Shown: positions 30,419-40,840, counted from the first letter of the stretch. The stretch is DNA of 64,000 nucleotides from an uncultured bacterium (GCA_963705505.1 CAVPJU010000006.1:736001-800000), one strand, 5' to 3'. A program made the numbers and translations. Notes: generated by a model not told the origin, from the letters alone.

Positions 30419-31855
30419 CTAATCGTTATCTTTTCCCTCGAGTCCTAATTCTTCCATCTTTTTTGAAAGTGTGTTTCTGTTAATACCGAGTAACTGAGCT
30501 GCCTTTTTCTTGTTTCCATTGGTAATTCTCAACAGGGCTTCGATGAGGGGTTTCTCGACTTTTTTGATTATTTTGTCGTAGATTTGCCCCGGGGAGTCGC
30601 CGCCGCCTGTTTCTATTAAATAGTTGAGCTCGTTTGTTATGAGCTGGTCGAACGATTCCTGCTCTCTTCTTCCCCTTCCTTCGAGGTGCGGCGCGGCCTC
30701 GATCAGTGTTTCTTTCGTGATAACGCTGTCGGATGTCAGTACTAGTACGCGCTTTATTATGTTTTCGAGCTCCCTGACATTGCCGGGCCAGTTATAACTT
30801 AGCACGAGCTCTTTGGCGTCGTCGGATACGGTCCTTTTAGCTACCCCCAGCTCTTTTGAATATTTATTCAGGAAATGGTCTATCAGCGGCACTACGTCCT
30901 CTATTCTTCTCCTGAGCGGCGGTATCTCGATCGTTATGGCGTTGAGTCTGTAATAAAGGTCCTCTCTGAACCTCCCTTCAGACACCTCTTTTTCGAGGTT
31001 CTTATTGGTCGATGCTATTATTCTGACGTCGACCGGGGTGGGTCTTTCGCTGCCGAGCCTGTAGAATTTCCTCTCTTCGAGTATCCGCAGGAGCTTCGTC
31101 TGTAGCTCGGGCGGCATGTCCCCGATCTCGTCCAGGTGGAGCGTACCTTTATGGGCTTCTTCGAACCTTCCCTGTTTTGGCAGGGAGGCTCCGGTGAATG
31201 CTCCTTTTTCATACCCGAACAGCTCGCTTTCGAGCAATTCTTTCGGAATGGCCGCTATGTTCACGGCGACCATCTTCCCGTCCCTTCTCATGCTGTTTTG
31301 GTGTATAGCGCGCGCGACCAGCTCTTTTCCTGTCCCGCTCTCACCTACTACCAGCACGGTTATGTCCCGTTCGGCGACTCTCCCTATCATCTTATATATG
31401 TTGAGCATCACCTGGGATTTGCCGACTATGTCCTGAAGCGAGTCCTCTTCTGCGGATTCGGTCCTTAGCATATCGAGCTTCTTCGAGTTCTCGTAGCTTT
31501 CTATGGCCCTTTGTACGGTTATTTTGACCTCGTCGAGGTCAAAGGGTTTGGCTATGTAATCATAGGCGCCCTGCTTCATGGCATCTATTGCGTTCTTAAC
31601 GGTATTCTGAGCGGTGATAATGATTACCGGAGGATTGATCCCCCTCGACCTGAATTCCCTAAGCACATCGAACCCGCTCATATCCGGCATGGTTATATCG
31701 AGTACTATCGAAGAAAAACCTTCTGACGATGCGCACTCAAGAGCCTTCGCTCCGTTATCGGCATACCTGACAAGATAACCCGCCTTTTCGAGGCACTTGC
31801 CGAGCACCCACCTGATGCTTTCTTCGTCGTCCACTACCAGTATTTTCTTTTTCAT
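30419..31855 (-). CDS. ntrC: Sigma54-dependent response regulator, NtrC-like
   Basis: Intact REC domain (VDD, LD, KP), GESGTGKE, GAFTGA, WPGNVREL, Fis-type HTH. Confidence 0.82.
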   Translation of the reverse strand: MKKKILVVDDEESIRWVLGKCLEKAGYLVRYADNGAKALECASSEGFSSIVLDITMPDMSGFDVLREFRSRGINPPVIIITAQNTVKNAIDAMKQGAYDYIAKPFDLDEVKITVQRAIESYENSKKLDMLRTESAEEDSLQDIVGKSQVMLNIYKMIGRVAERDITVLVVGESGTGKELVARAIHQNSMRRDGKMVAVNIAAIPKELLESELFGYEKGAFTGASLPKQGRFEEAHKGTLHLDEIGDMPPELQTKLLRILEERKFYRLGSERPTPVDVRIIASTNKNLEKEVSEGRFREDLYYRLNAITIEIPPLRRRIEDVVPLIDHFLNKYSKELGVAKRTVSDDAKELVLSYNWPGNVRELENIIKRVLVLTSDSVITKETLIEAAPHLEGRGRREQESFDQLITNELNYLIETGGGDSPGQIYDKIIKKVEKPLIEALLRITNGNKKKAAQLLGINRNTLSKKMEELGLEGKDND

Positions 31856-31920
31856 TTGCTATCTATGGATCCGCTCCGCGCCTATGACGTTATTATTCAG
31901 TTTGCGCTTCCGTTGTAAAC

Positions 31921-32979
31921 TTATAAGCCTGAAATAGGAATGTACACCTTGACGGTCGTGCCGGCTCCCGGTTCGCTGTCAACGAAAATCGCTCCTCCGT
32001 GCTTTGCAATTATCTGATACGCTAAAAACAGACCGAGACCCGAGCCCTCTTTTTTAGTAGTATAAAAGGGGCTGAATATTTTTTCCAGAGAGTCCTTGGG
32101 TATCCCGCTTCCGTTATCCCTGATCTCGACCGACATCGAGTTCTGACCCTTGAGCTTATGTTCCGTCATCCATCTGGTGGAGACTTCGACCTGGCCCCTG
32201 TCCGGGATCGACTCCGCCGCGTTTTTTATAAGGTTGAGGAAGACCTGCTTCAGGGCGTTCCTGTCCCCGTGTATCGGCGGGATCGTTATGTCGTAGTTCT
32301 GTTTATATTGTATCCGCTCCCCCGATTTGGACATGGATTCGAGATATATGGTTTCCATCAGCAGCTCATGTATGTCTATTAATTCGAACACTTCCTCGGC
32401 GAATGGCTCGAGCTGTTTAAGGGTATCGAGCAATGCCCTGAGCCTGTCTGTTTCCTTTGTTATTATCTCCGCACATTTTATCGTCTCTTTGTTTGTGGCG
32501 TCCTCTGCCAGGAGCTGTGCGGCCCCTCTTATGCCGCTCAGCGGATTCTTCAGCTCATGAGCCAGCCCGAGGATAAGATTCTCAAATTTCGAAGCCGATA
32601 TCTCCTGGATGCTCTTGCTGTTGAGAAATTTCGTCCCCGACATGTCTTTTATCTGGAGTATCGCGCCTTTAAGGTTCCCCTTGTTCGTAAATAACGGGGA
32701 GGCGACTGCCTGGATGGAGATTCGCTCGCCGTTTCTCAAGACCGGGTTTATCTCGTCGCCGATTATTGTACGTCCCTCTCCCATCGCCATAAGCGCAACG
32801 CCCTCGATTTCCTCGGGCATAAACATACTCGAATGCTGACCGCGTGCCTTCTCCCTCGAAATCCTGAAAGTGCTTTCGGCATTGTCGTTCATGTCGAGCA
32901 CGTAGAGCTCTTCGTCCATGATAATAATAGATTCGGGTAGCGAATCGAATATCTCTTTAAAGTTAAACTTCTTTGTCAT
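31921..32979 (-). CDS. ntrB: PAS-domain sensor histidine kinase, NtrB-like
   Basis: LAHELKNPLSGIRGAAQLL H-box, N/G1/F/G2 boxes, no TM; upstream of ntrC. Confidence 0.82.
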   Translation of the reverse strand: MTKKFNFKEIFDSLPESIIIMDEELYVLDMNDNAESTFRISREKARGQHSSMFMPEEIEGVALMAMGEGRTIIGDEINPVLRNGERISIQAVASPLFTNKGNLKGAILQIKDMSGTKFLNSKSIQEISASKFENLILGLAHELKNPLSGIRGAAQLLAEDATNKETIKCAEIITKETDRLRALLDTLKQLEPFAEEVFELIDIHELLMETIYLESMSKSGERIQYKQNYDITIPPIHGDRNALKQVFLNLIKNAAESIPDRGQVEVSTRWMTEHKLKGQNSMSVEIRDNGSGIPKDSLEKIFSPFYTTKKEGSGLGLFLAYQIIAKHGGAIFVDSEPGAGTTVKVYIPISGL

Positions 32980-33141
32980 AGGGTTGGCGGTATTCGATGT
33001 GTAGTCCGGGCAGAGCAATCATTGCACGGCGGCGACGGTATTCGCATTTGATTATCTGCCGGATGTGTTACGGTCGTTTTTCCCCCGTTTCGCAGGAATA
33101 AAGAATCTGAGTCCCCCGGGCCGGCCCCTTATCCCCACTTT

Positions 33142-34443
33142 TCAAAGGTCTTCGATCCTGATGAATGTCGTTTTAGCTCTAATAGTGGAGAACCTGTCTA
33201 TCTCCTTGAGCGCGGAAAGGATATTCCTCTCCCTGGCCTCGTGAGTCATTATCACGACCGGGACGTCCCCTCCGCCGAGGTGCCTCCCTTTCTGAATAAC
33301 CGACTCGATGCTGATCCCGTGCTTTCCGAGGCTCCCGGTAATTTTCCCGAGCACCCCCGGTCTGTCCTCGGCCTGGAACCTCAAATAGTATTTGTTCGTG
33401 GTATCGCTCATTTTTATAAGCGGGGAGGAATCCTTACCGCCGTAAAACCTGGGAGGGGACGAATGAGTGTTCCCGAGGCAGAGGTCCTTGGCTATCTGCA
33501 GCACGTCGCTCACGACAGCGCTAGCTGTGGGCATCATCCCCGCTCCCATGCCGTAGAGCATCGTAGGTCCGACCGCGTCCCCGACTATATAGATTGCGTT
33601 AAACGCCCCCGAAACATCGGCGAGCTGAGTTTCTTTTTTTACGAGAGCCGGATAGACCCCGGCTTCAAGTCCGTTTTCCCTTGATTTTGCGATTGCCAGG
33701 AGTTTTATCCTGTATCCAAGCTCATCGGCGTAAGCAATGTCAAGGGGTGTGACTCCTCTGATGCCCTCGACATGTATTTTGCCGAAGTCTATGAAGATGC
33801 CGAATGCCAGCATGATCAGTATGGAAAGCTTGTGCGCGGCGTCGATTCCATCGACGTCAAATGAAGGGTCGGCCTCGGCGTACCCTTCCTTCTGTGCCTC
33901 TTTTAAAACCTCGGCGAATTCCGAGCCTTCTTCGGTCATCTTAGACAGGATGTAATTAGACGTGCCGTTTATTATTCCATGAATCGAAAGGATGTTGTTA
34001 GCCGCGAAGCTCTCCTGTGTTGCTTTAATGACTGGTATTCCGCCTCCGACGCTTGCCTCAAACCCGACGTCCACTCCTTTTTCCGCCGCCGCCTGGAAGA
34101 TTTCCCTGCCGTGATGGGCAAGAAGGGCTTTGTTGGCTGTAACGACGTGTTTTCCGCTCCTGATGGCCCCGAGGACGAAATCCTTGGCAATCCCGGTCCC
34201 TCCGACGAGCTCGATTATAATATGGATCGATCCGTCCTCTATAAGATCGCGCGCATCTTTCGTCAGCTTGCCTTTCGGGATTTTTACGGGCCTTTTCCTG
34301 TCGGGGTCTATATCGGCTATCTTTTTAAGGTTGATCCTGATCCCCGTCCTCTTCTCGATAATGTCTCTGTTCTGGCTGAGGACCTTTATAACCCCGCATC
34401 CGACTGTACCGGCGCCGATAAGTCCGACATTGACGACATTCAT
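33142..34443 (-). CDS. hom: Homoserine dehydrogenase with ACT domain
   Basis: GAGTVG, VTANK, EASVGGGIP, NGTSN, GYAEADP, DRPGVL. Confidence 0.96.
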   Translation of the reverse strand: MNVVNVGLIGAGTVGCGVIKVLSQNRDIIEKRTGIRINLKKIADIDPDRKRPVKIPKGKLTKDARDLIEDGSIHIIIELVGGTGIAKDFVLGAIRSGKHVVTANKALLAHHGREIFQAAAEKGVDVGFEASVGGGIPVIKATQESFAANNILSIHGIINGTSNYILSKMTEEGSEFAEVLKEAQKEGYAEADPSFDVDGIDAAHKLSILIMLAFGIFIDFGKIHVEGIRGVTPLDIAYADELGYRIKLLAIAKSRENGLEAGVYPALVKKETQLADVSGAFNAIYIVGDAVGPTMLYGMGAGMMPTASAVVSDVLQIAKDLCLGNTHSSPPRFYGGKDSSPLIKMSDTTNKYYLRFQAEDRPGVLGKITGSLGKHGISIESVIQKGRHLGGGDVPVVIMTHEARERNILSALKEIDRFSTIRAKTTFIRIEDL

Positions 34444-34507
34444 GAAAATTCTCCTTTCTGATTAGAGCCCAGGGCGAGTTTAAGCTAGGAATTATACATT
34501 ATTTTAT

Positions 34508-34536
34508 TTGACTTTAAACGAATGAGGACTTAAATT
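34508..34536 (+). promoter_or_regulatory. Sigma70-type promoter for the tRNA
   Basis: TTGACT-17 bp-TAAATT, 14 bp upstream of the tRNA. Confidence 0.65.
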
Positions 34537-34550
34537 AAATACCTGTCCGT

Positions 34551-34626
34551 GGGGCCGTAGCTCAGTTGGGAGAGCGCATGAATGGCATTCATGAGGTCGA
34601 GGGTTCGAATCCCTTCGGCTCCACCA
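34551..34626 (+). tRNA. tRNA-Ala(GGC)
   Basis: 76-nt cloverleaf, G3:U70 pair, anticodon loop ATGGCAT, GTTCGAATC T-arm, encoded CCA. Confidence 0.98.
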
Positions 34627-34747
34627 GCTTATCTCTATGTTCCGCAACCCCCGCATTTTATTAATTCGCCCGAATCGGTTAAAATGTATTGTTAATATTT
34701 AAGTTTTTGGCCATCAATAATCTCTAATCAAGCTGTAAAGTTGGGAT

Positions 34748-35380
34748 ATGGAAAGAGCGATAAAACACATCGAGTCGAGAGTAAAAGATAAGCAGCTTAT
34801 AGAAGTCCGCAGAATGGAAATAGTCAAAGCTGCGGTGGAGCTTTTCGTGCGCAAGGGTTTTCATAGGACTACTGTGCGGGAGATTGCTCAAAAATTCGGA
34901 ATGAGCATAGGAACGTTATATGAGTATATAAGAACGAAAGAAGACATACTTTACCTTGTTTGTGATTACATACACACGAGTGTAAGTGAGAGGGTCAGAC
35001 CTTCTTTAGAAATAACCGGCGATACCAGGGAGACTCTGGAAAAGGCTATTAGATCTTACTACGTAATTATCGATGAAATGCAGGATTATTTATTATTTCT
35101 CTATCAAGAGACAAAGTCTCTGTCCTATCTGGCGAGAAAGTACATCTTTAAAGCTGAAGAAGAAATGACGGCAATTTTTGAGGAAATTATACATCGAGGA
35201 ATCGAAGACGGTACTTTTTCCGTTAGTAAAAAAGACGTAAATCTAATTGCCAATGATATTATGGTTTCAGGACAAATGTGGGCCTTCCGACGCTGGATGC
35301 TGCAAAAAAACTACACACTTGAAAGATTTATAGAAATAAAGTGCGGTCTTATTCTAAGGGAGCTTACCTCTAAGAGTTAG
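34748..35380 (+). CDS. TetR/AcrR-family transcriptional regulator
   Basis: N-terminal HTH (GFHRTTVREIA...GTLYEYIRTKEDIL); C-terminal QMWAFRRW. Confidence 0.92.
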   Translation: MERAIKHIESRVKDKQLIEVRRMEIVKAAVELFVRKGFHRTTVREIAQKFGMSIGTLYEYIRTKEDILYLVCDYIHTSVSERVRPSLEITGDTRETLEKAIRSYYVIIDEMQDYLLFLYQETKSLSYLARKYIFKAEEEMTAIFEEIIHRGIEDGTFSVSKKDVNLIANDIMVSGQMWAFRRWMLQKNYTLERFIEIKCGLILRELTSKS

Positions 35381-35497
35381 ATTCGCTTATCAATTGCCGG
35401 AATAGAATCCGGTTTATCCTCGCTTCAGTGCCGATTAATTTCGCAATCCCGGAATACCTCCGTAGTTCGTAAAGTGGGCGATTATGATATTTACCCG

Positions 35498-35516
35498 GAC
35501 TGAGCGTTCGTTCAGA
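35498..35516. promoter_or_regulatory. Putative TetR operator, site 1
   Basis: GACTGAGCGTTCGTTCAG, exact reverse complement of 35676-35693. Confidence 0.7.
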
Positions 35517-35638
35517 TTATTTAGTTGAAATGGAATACGAGTCGAATGTTAAATCGAAGATGCGCGGTGTTTATTAACACTTAACAACCTGTGATCATAT
35601 AATATATTAACCATCTGAAATTCTTTTTACAAAAATAC

Positions 35639-35693
35639 TTGACAGGGGCATTCGAAATATACTAAGATGGAGATACTGAACGAACGCTCAGTC
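35639..35693 (+). promoter_or_regulatory. Sigma70 promoter followed by putative TetR operator, site 2
   Basis: TTGACA-18 bp-TAAGAT, then pseudo-palindrome ACTGAACGAACGCTCAGT at the expected start site. Confidence 0.7.
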
Positions 35694-35736
35694 GCCAAGC
35701 ATTGGTTCAGAATAATATATAAGGAGGGCAAGTAAA

Positions 35737-36723
35737 ATGGGATTGCAAGCCAATGAATATAGTAATCCTTGGTTGAGTGAAGGGGAGGTGCCGCCCTTAC
35801 CGCTCGACAGGGACCGGATTCACATCATAAGCCAGGGTGTCGCCGACCCCTTGTATGATTACGATATTATTCCGCTCACCTATACGGAGAGCAGATGGAT
35901 GGCATTCGTCATACGTGCCGATCAGAAGGATATGAAGGCAATTCTCCCTGAGCCTTTAAAACTGGAAGACGATGTAATCGAGTTCTGGTACGTCATTCAT
36001 AGAAATACCATGATAGGACCGTATATGGAGATGGGTGTGACCTTCGCTGCGTCATTAAAGGCACAGGACGGGGAGACTTATAAAGCGGGGTATTATCCAT
36101 ATATGTATCTTTCTAATGATTCGGGCGTTTCCGCGGGAAGAGAGCCGTTCGGGTTTCCGAAGAAAGCCGCCTATATCGCCGCATTCGAACACGGACTCAA
36201 TAATAATTACTTCAATATGCTTATGGAAAGACGCGGCTATATTCTACATACGGCTAACGGCCGTTATTCCGACAAACCACTTTCAGCTAGACCGGCTTTT
36301 TATGGGAAAACAGATTGGGGCCGCATGAATTACCGTATCACCACCTATCCCGACGTTACAAACAGCGTACATGAGGTTACGTATCTTCCGTCCGATCTCC
36401 CTCCGGGCTTCGGAACGGGACACCGCTTCATGATGGATGCCTCAAGCATTCGTACTGCGACCGGCAGGGATATTCGTTCCTGGTTTATGCAGGGTACGCC
36501 GTTCGATTATATGGGCGGCCAGATACCGGCTAAAGAAGTTGTCGGGATAATCAGCTTCACATTCAACCTGATTATTCCGGGGGCCAAGACCATTTGGACT
36601 AAGGTGGTGAAGAGAGATCCGGAGAAGGATTTCGGATCGCTTCTTTATTCCACTCCGTTCAAATACACCATGCGCCATCGCTTCATGGTCCCGATGTACA
36701 GTCAGGGGGGAATGCTGAAGTAG
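35737..36723 (+). CDS. Acetoacetate decarboxylase (ADC) superfamily protein
   Basis: AAGGAGG RBS; LPEPL, GPYME and GREPFGFPKK (Schiff-base Lys motif). Confidence 0.8.
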   Translation: MGLQANEYSNPWLSEGEVPPLPLDRDRIHIISQGVADPLYDYDIIPLTYTESRWMAFVIRADQKDMKAILPEPLKLEDDVIEFWYVIHRNTMIGPYMEMGVTFAASLKAQDGETYKAGYYPYMYLSNDSGVSAGREPFGFPKKAAYIAAFEHGLNNNYFNMLMERRGYILHTANGRYSDKPLSARPAFYGKTDWGRMNYRITTYPDVTNSVHEVTYLPSDLPPGFGTGHRFMMDASSIRTATGRDIRSWFMQGTPFDYMGGQIPAKEVVGIISFTFNLIIPGAKTIWTKVVKRDPEKDFGSLLYSTPFKYTMRHRFMVPMYSQGGMLK

Positions 36724-36816
36724 GACGTTAGACCACAAGCCGTATTGGAAGCCGGCTTGTGTACAGGAGTGAATAATCAAATTATTTGTCGTAGACCCAT
36801 TGCATGATTGCCTCTT

Positions 36817-36860
36817 ATTCCTATCCTGTGATGTCCCGATGGGCGTTACAGGATAGGAAT
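36817..36860 (+). terminator. 20-bp stem-loop after the ADC-like gene
   Basis: ATTCCTATCCTGTGATGTCC-CGAT-GGGCGTTACAGGATAGGAAT with three G:U pairs; no clear U-tract. Confidence 0.6.
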
Positions 36861-36983
36861 TAATATAGGAGAGTTCTAATCATTGGTTAAGGCAAAGGGT
36901 AATAAATATTGTTAAAATAGCGTCAAATAAAAAAATAATTCTCATGTATGAGCCGCTTGAATTTAATCCTGCATTTTTAGGTG

Positions 36984-37001
36984 AACGAGCGTATGTTCAA
37001 T
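36984..37001. promoter_or_regulatory. Putative TetR operator, site 3 (degenerate)
   Basis: AACGAGCGTATGTTCAAT keeps the GAGCGT-NN-GTTCA core of sites 1 and 2; upstream of the mutase genes. Confidence 0.5.
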
Positions 37002-37165
37002 AAGCTGACGGCGTAATTTGGTCGGGAATTAGTTTGTATGGGTTCTCGGATTAATCTCTACATTAAATCAAAGCCGCTTTAACAGAAATATGCCGATAGT
37101 ATGTTCCTTGAAGTTGCGGTCATGCGATTGGCAGACGAATTTAATTTTTAAGCTGAGAGGTGTCA

Positions 37166-38833
37166 ATGACTTTTGAAAATATGGAGATGAAAAGATTGAA
37201 GAAGGCTAAAGAACTTTGGGAGAAAGAATATGAAAATGTTCCCAAAAGAGAAGAGGATTTTACGACTATATCGGGCATGAAGGTACCGCCGCTCGTAACC
37301 CCTCTGGACTTAAACGGCTTTGACTATGCGAGCGCTTTGGGATTCCCCGGCTCCTATCCCTTCACGCGCGGGATACACAGCACGATGTACCGGGGACGAC
37401 TCTGGACCATGCGTCAGTTTGCCGGCTTCGGGACACCCGAGGACACGAACAGCAGGTTTAAATATCTGCTCGGGCAGGGACAGACGGGTCTAAGCACAGC
37501 CTTCGACATGCCCACACTCATGGGTTATGACTCCGACCACGAGCGCTCGAGGGGAGAAGTAGGCAGGGAAGGGGTTTCTGTTTCCTCACTTGAGGACATG
37601 GAGGTCCTGTTCGACGGGATAGAGCTCGATAAAGTGACGACATCAATGACTATAAACTGCAGCGCTTCAATAATTTTCGCCATGTATCTCGTCATGGCGG
37701 AGAAGAAAGGGGTCAGCTTGGGAAAGCTCAGGGGGACACTACAGAACGATATGTTAAAGGAATTCATCGCTCAGCGAGAATGGATATCACCCCCTGAGCC
37801 TTCCGTAAAAATAGTGATAGATGTTATAGAGTTCTGTGCGAAAGAGGTTCCGAACTGGCATCCCGTTTCGATCTCGGGTTACCATATCCGGGAGGCGGGG
37901 TCCACTGCTGTACAGGAACTCGCGTTTACGCTTGCAGACGGGATCGGCTATGTGGAGGAAAGCCTCAAGCGCGGTCTCGACGTCGATGAGTTCGCGCCGC
38001 GCCTGTCTTTCTTCTTCAATGTCCATAACGATTTTCTCGAAGAGATTGCAAAGTTCCGCGCTGCGAGGAGGATGTGGGCTAAGATTATGAGGGACCGGTT
38101 TGGAGCGAAAAACCCGAAATCCTGGATACTGAAAACTCATGCGCAGACGGCGGGGGCGAGTCTCACGGCGCAGCAGCCTTTAAACAATATAGCCAGAGTG
38201 ACTATCCAGGCGCTGGCGGCGGTGTTAGGCGGGACACAGTCCCTGCATACGAATTCCATGGACGAAACGCTCGCTTTGCCGACGGAGGAGGCTGTAACGG
38301 TAGCCCTCAGGACACAGCAGATAATCGCCGAAGAGAGCGGGGTTATAAATTCAATCGATCCGTTCGGCGGTAGTTACGTCATCGAGTCTCTGACGGACAG
38401 GACCGAGAAGGAGGCTTTTGCATATATCGAAAAAATAGATCAGCTCGGGGGGATAATCAGGGCGATCGAAATGGGGTTTCCGCAGAAGGAGATTGCGGAC
38501 GCGGCATACAAATACCAGAGGGAGCTCGACGCCGAGATAAAGACGATAGTCGGGGTTAATAAATATTCTACGGACGAAGAGGTCTCCATCCCGACCCTTA
38601 AAATTGAGGATACCGTAGAGGCGGGTCAGAGTGAAAAGCTGAGACAGCTGAAAAGAATCAGGAATAACAGGGCCGTGAAAGCAAGACTCGAAGATGTTCT
38701 GATGGCTGCCCGTCGAGGAAATAATTTAATGCCCTCCATTATCGACGCCGTCAGGGAGTATGCGACTTTAGGGGAGATAAGCGATATTTTCAGGGAAGTG
38801 TACGGGGTCTATCGGGACCCGGGTTATTTTTAA
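37166..38833 (+). CDS. icmA: Adenosylcobalamin-dependent acyl-CoA mutase large subunit, isobutyryl-CoA mutase type
   Basis: [47 protein letters not shown] and Q at the specificity positions. Confidence 0.8.
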   Translation: MTFENMEMKRLKKAKELWEKEYENVPKREEDFTTISGMKVPPLVTPLDLNGFDYASALGFPGSYPFTRGIHSTMYRGRLWTMRQFAGFGTPEDTNSRFKYLLGQGQTGLSTAFDMPTLMGYDSDHERSRGEVGREGVSVSSLEDMEVLFDGIELDKVTTSMTINCSASIIFAMYLVMAEKKGVSLGKLRGTLQNDMLKEFIAQREWISPPEPSVKIVIDVIEFCAKEVPNWHPVSISGYHIREAGSTAVQELAFTLADGIGYVEESLKRGLDVDEFAPRLSFFFNVHNDFLEEIAKFRAARRMWAKIMRDRFGAKNPKSWILKTHAQTAGASLTAQQPLNNIARVTIQALAAVLGGTQSLHTNSMDETLALPTEEAVTVALRTQQIIAEESGVINSIDPFGGSYVIESLTDRTEKEAFAYIEKIDQLGGIIRAIEMGFPQKEIADAAYKYQRELDAEIKTIVGVNKYSTDEEVSIPTLKIEDTVEAGQSEKLRQLKRIRNNRAVKARLEDVLMAARRGNNLMPSIIDAVREYATLGEISDIFREVYGVYRDPGYF

Positions 38834-38868
38834 TTACGGTTATCTAATACGAGCGCAGAGGAATTATA

Positions 38869-39279
38869 ATGGGAAATGAGAGAACAATAAGGATTCTGGT
38901 TGGGAAGGTCGGGCTCGACGGTCACGACAGGGGAGTTAAAATAATCTCGAGGGCTTTGAGAGACGCAGGTTATGAAGTAATTTACACGGGTCTCCACAAT
39001 ACTCCTCAAGTAGTCGTTGAAATGGCTGTTCAGGAGGATGTCGATGCCGTCGGGATAAGTATTCTTTCCGGGGCTCACAACTACATATTCCCGGAAATAA
39101 TAAGACTCTTTAAGGAGAAAGGGATCGATGATGTCACTTTATTCGGCGGCGGCATTGTACCCAAAAAAGATATTGAAACTCTCAAGGAAAAGGGCGTTAA
39201 AGCCATCTTTGAACCCGGAGCTTCGACGGATGAAATAGTCAATTGGGTGAGGGAAAACGTGACCCCGAGGGAATTATGA
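38869..39279 (+). CDS. icmB: Acyl-CoA mutase small (cobalamin-binding) subunit
   Basis: DGHDRG B12 motif, SILSG, GG. Confidence 0.85.
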   Translation: MGNERTIRILVGKVGLDGHDRGVKIISRALRDAGYEVIYTGLHNTPQVVVEMAVQEDVDAVGISILSGAHNYIFPEIIRLFKEKGIDDVTLFGGGIVPKKDIETLKEKGVKAIFEPGASTDEIVNWVRENVTPREL

Positions 39280-39335
39280 ACGAATGGTGGTTTCTGGTTC
39301 TCCAGGCAAGGAATTTTGACTTGCTGTCTCCCTCG

Positions 39336-39818
39336 TCAGTTCGCTTCCCATTCCTCGGATAATATTTTTATATTCAGAGATTCACAAGGTTGAGGACTCA
39401 GGTCGATGGCACTGAGGTCCAGCAGATCAACTCCTTTCAGATCGATGTCGTAGGCTTTCTCCCCGGTTCCCTCAACCGCGTGCCTGAAAACTTCTCTCCC
39501 GTCGCCCGTGATTTTCAATTCCACCTTGCTGGAAATATCGCAGTGTTTGTTGATTGAAGGCAGAATTTTCATATTCTTCAAATATCCCTTAAAGCTGAAC
39601 TCCGTCTCCGTCGGCTGGTTACCGTTCAGGTTCACTGAAATATTCGCATCCGGGGAAAATAGTATTTCGGTATTTTTTTTCGCCTCGCTCTTTTCCGTCA
39701 AAAACAGATTCAACGGTAAGATGTCGTAACGTTTTGACATCTCCGGATAATAAGCCAGAAACTCATTTAACACGTCCGTTATTTCTGGGTAATCCGGCGG
39801 ATTTTCTTCTCGTATACG
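39336..39818 (-). pseudogene. C-terminal gene fragment, possibly the tail of the fragmented membrane protein at 40841-43123
   Basis: Open frame ...EITDVLNEFLAYYPEM... to the stop at 39336; no credible start of its own. Confidence 0.45.
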
Positions 39819-40246
39819 ACTCCATAATTCAGTAAATAATATTGTTTTGAGAAATCCTTGTCTCCGTTTAACAGGTCTTGAAAACAAATTTCCGTTTCAC
39901 ATTCAGCAAAAGAATCTCCGTAAAGAAGTACCGGAGTCCTGCCTGCAATCCTTTCATCGCCGATGTGTCTATAATTTTCGCGGTCAAAATCACCCACCCA
40001 GCCGAGTAAAGGGTGTGGATGCTCAGGGGGTTTATATATATCCCCAATTTTATATCTCAGTTTCCAGTAATCATCATCAGAAAAATAGTCGCCATAGAAT
40101 GAGGGTTCCCTGAATCTCTTCTCGGCAACGTTTAAATGATGCAAAACAACAAGTCTGATAAATATTTCCGCCATTCCAAATGAAGCAATAATCGAGACTG
40201 TTATCAGAATTAGACCGTAAGCTATTATTCTCTGCCGAGATACCAT
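39819..40246 (-). pseudogene. N-terminal fragment of a membrane-anchored SGNH/GDSL-like protein
   Basis: N-terminal TM (AEIFIR), HPLLGW, LYGDSF block I and LNYGV block II start, then an abrupt break. Confidence 0.6.
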
Positions 40247-40312
40247 AATATTTCAGAATCAGTAATCAATGAGGCTTTGTTTTACAAAATGTCATAGATA
40301 TATTAATAATAC

Positions 40313-40800
40313 TGTAAGCTTCCCAATTAGGTCGACAGTTACAAAGAAGAATTTTAGCTGTTACCTGTACCCGGAACAGGCTTGGCAGCGACCCGCCGAG
40401 CGAATCATGAATATATTATAACCTCTGAGCCAGTCATTGGCCATGTCCCATACTTGCTCGAGATCTCTGAATAATTATGCATCTAACACCTCCTCACGAT
40501 ATGCTCTTGAAACGTTCAGTATATGCGTTCTGTGTCTTTGCCCGGCTGTATACAGAACATCTCGATGCTGCGATCCCGGCACCAGTCAACGAATCTTTGA
40601 GAAGTCAGCTCCGGACTTTTGTCATAGCCAATCGCCTCCGGCGGACCTCGCCACGCACAAAATTCCCCCGTCCCCCGCCATTCCAGTGGGCAACGAAGTG
40701 CCGATAACCATATTCAACGCCTCACATACATACTCGTCTAGTACGTTGAGTGCCGAAGCGTTCTCCAAATACAACGTACCACTCATAAAATCCAATCACA
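40313..40800 (-). mobile_element. Degenerate IS3-family transposase (OrfB integrase core) remnant with right end
   Basis: Frameshifted minus-strand LDFMSG..., LNVLDE, WRGPPE..., IQPGK/TQNAY.ERF, YREEVLDA, HDSLGG; terminus ...GGGAAGCTTACA. Confidence 0.8.
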
Positions 40801-40840
40801 ATAGCCAATTCTGTGAACTGGGAGTACCGGTCGCTTTGCC

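Noticed and set aside
36724..37165. Cobalamin riboswitch upstream of the B12 mutase
   Set aside because: No B12-box or other conserved core elements visible.
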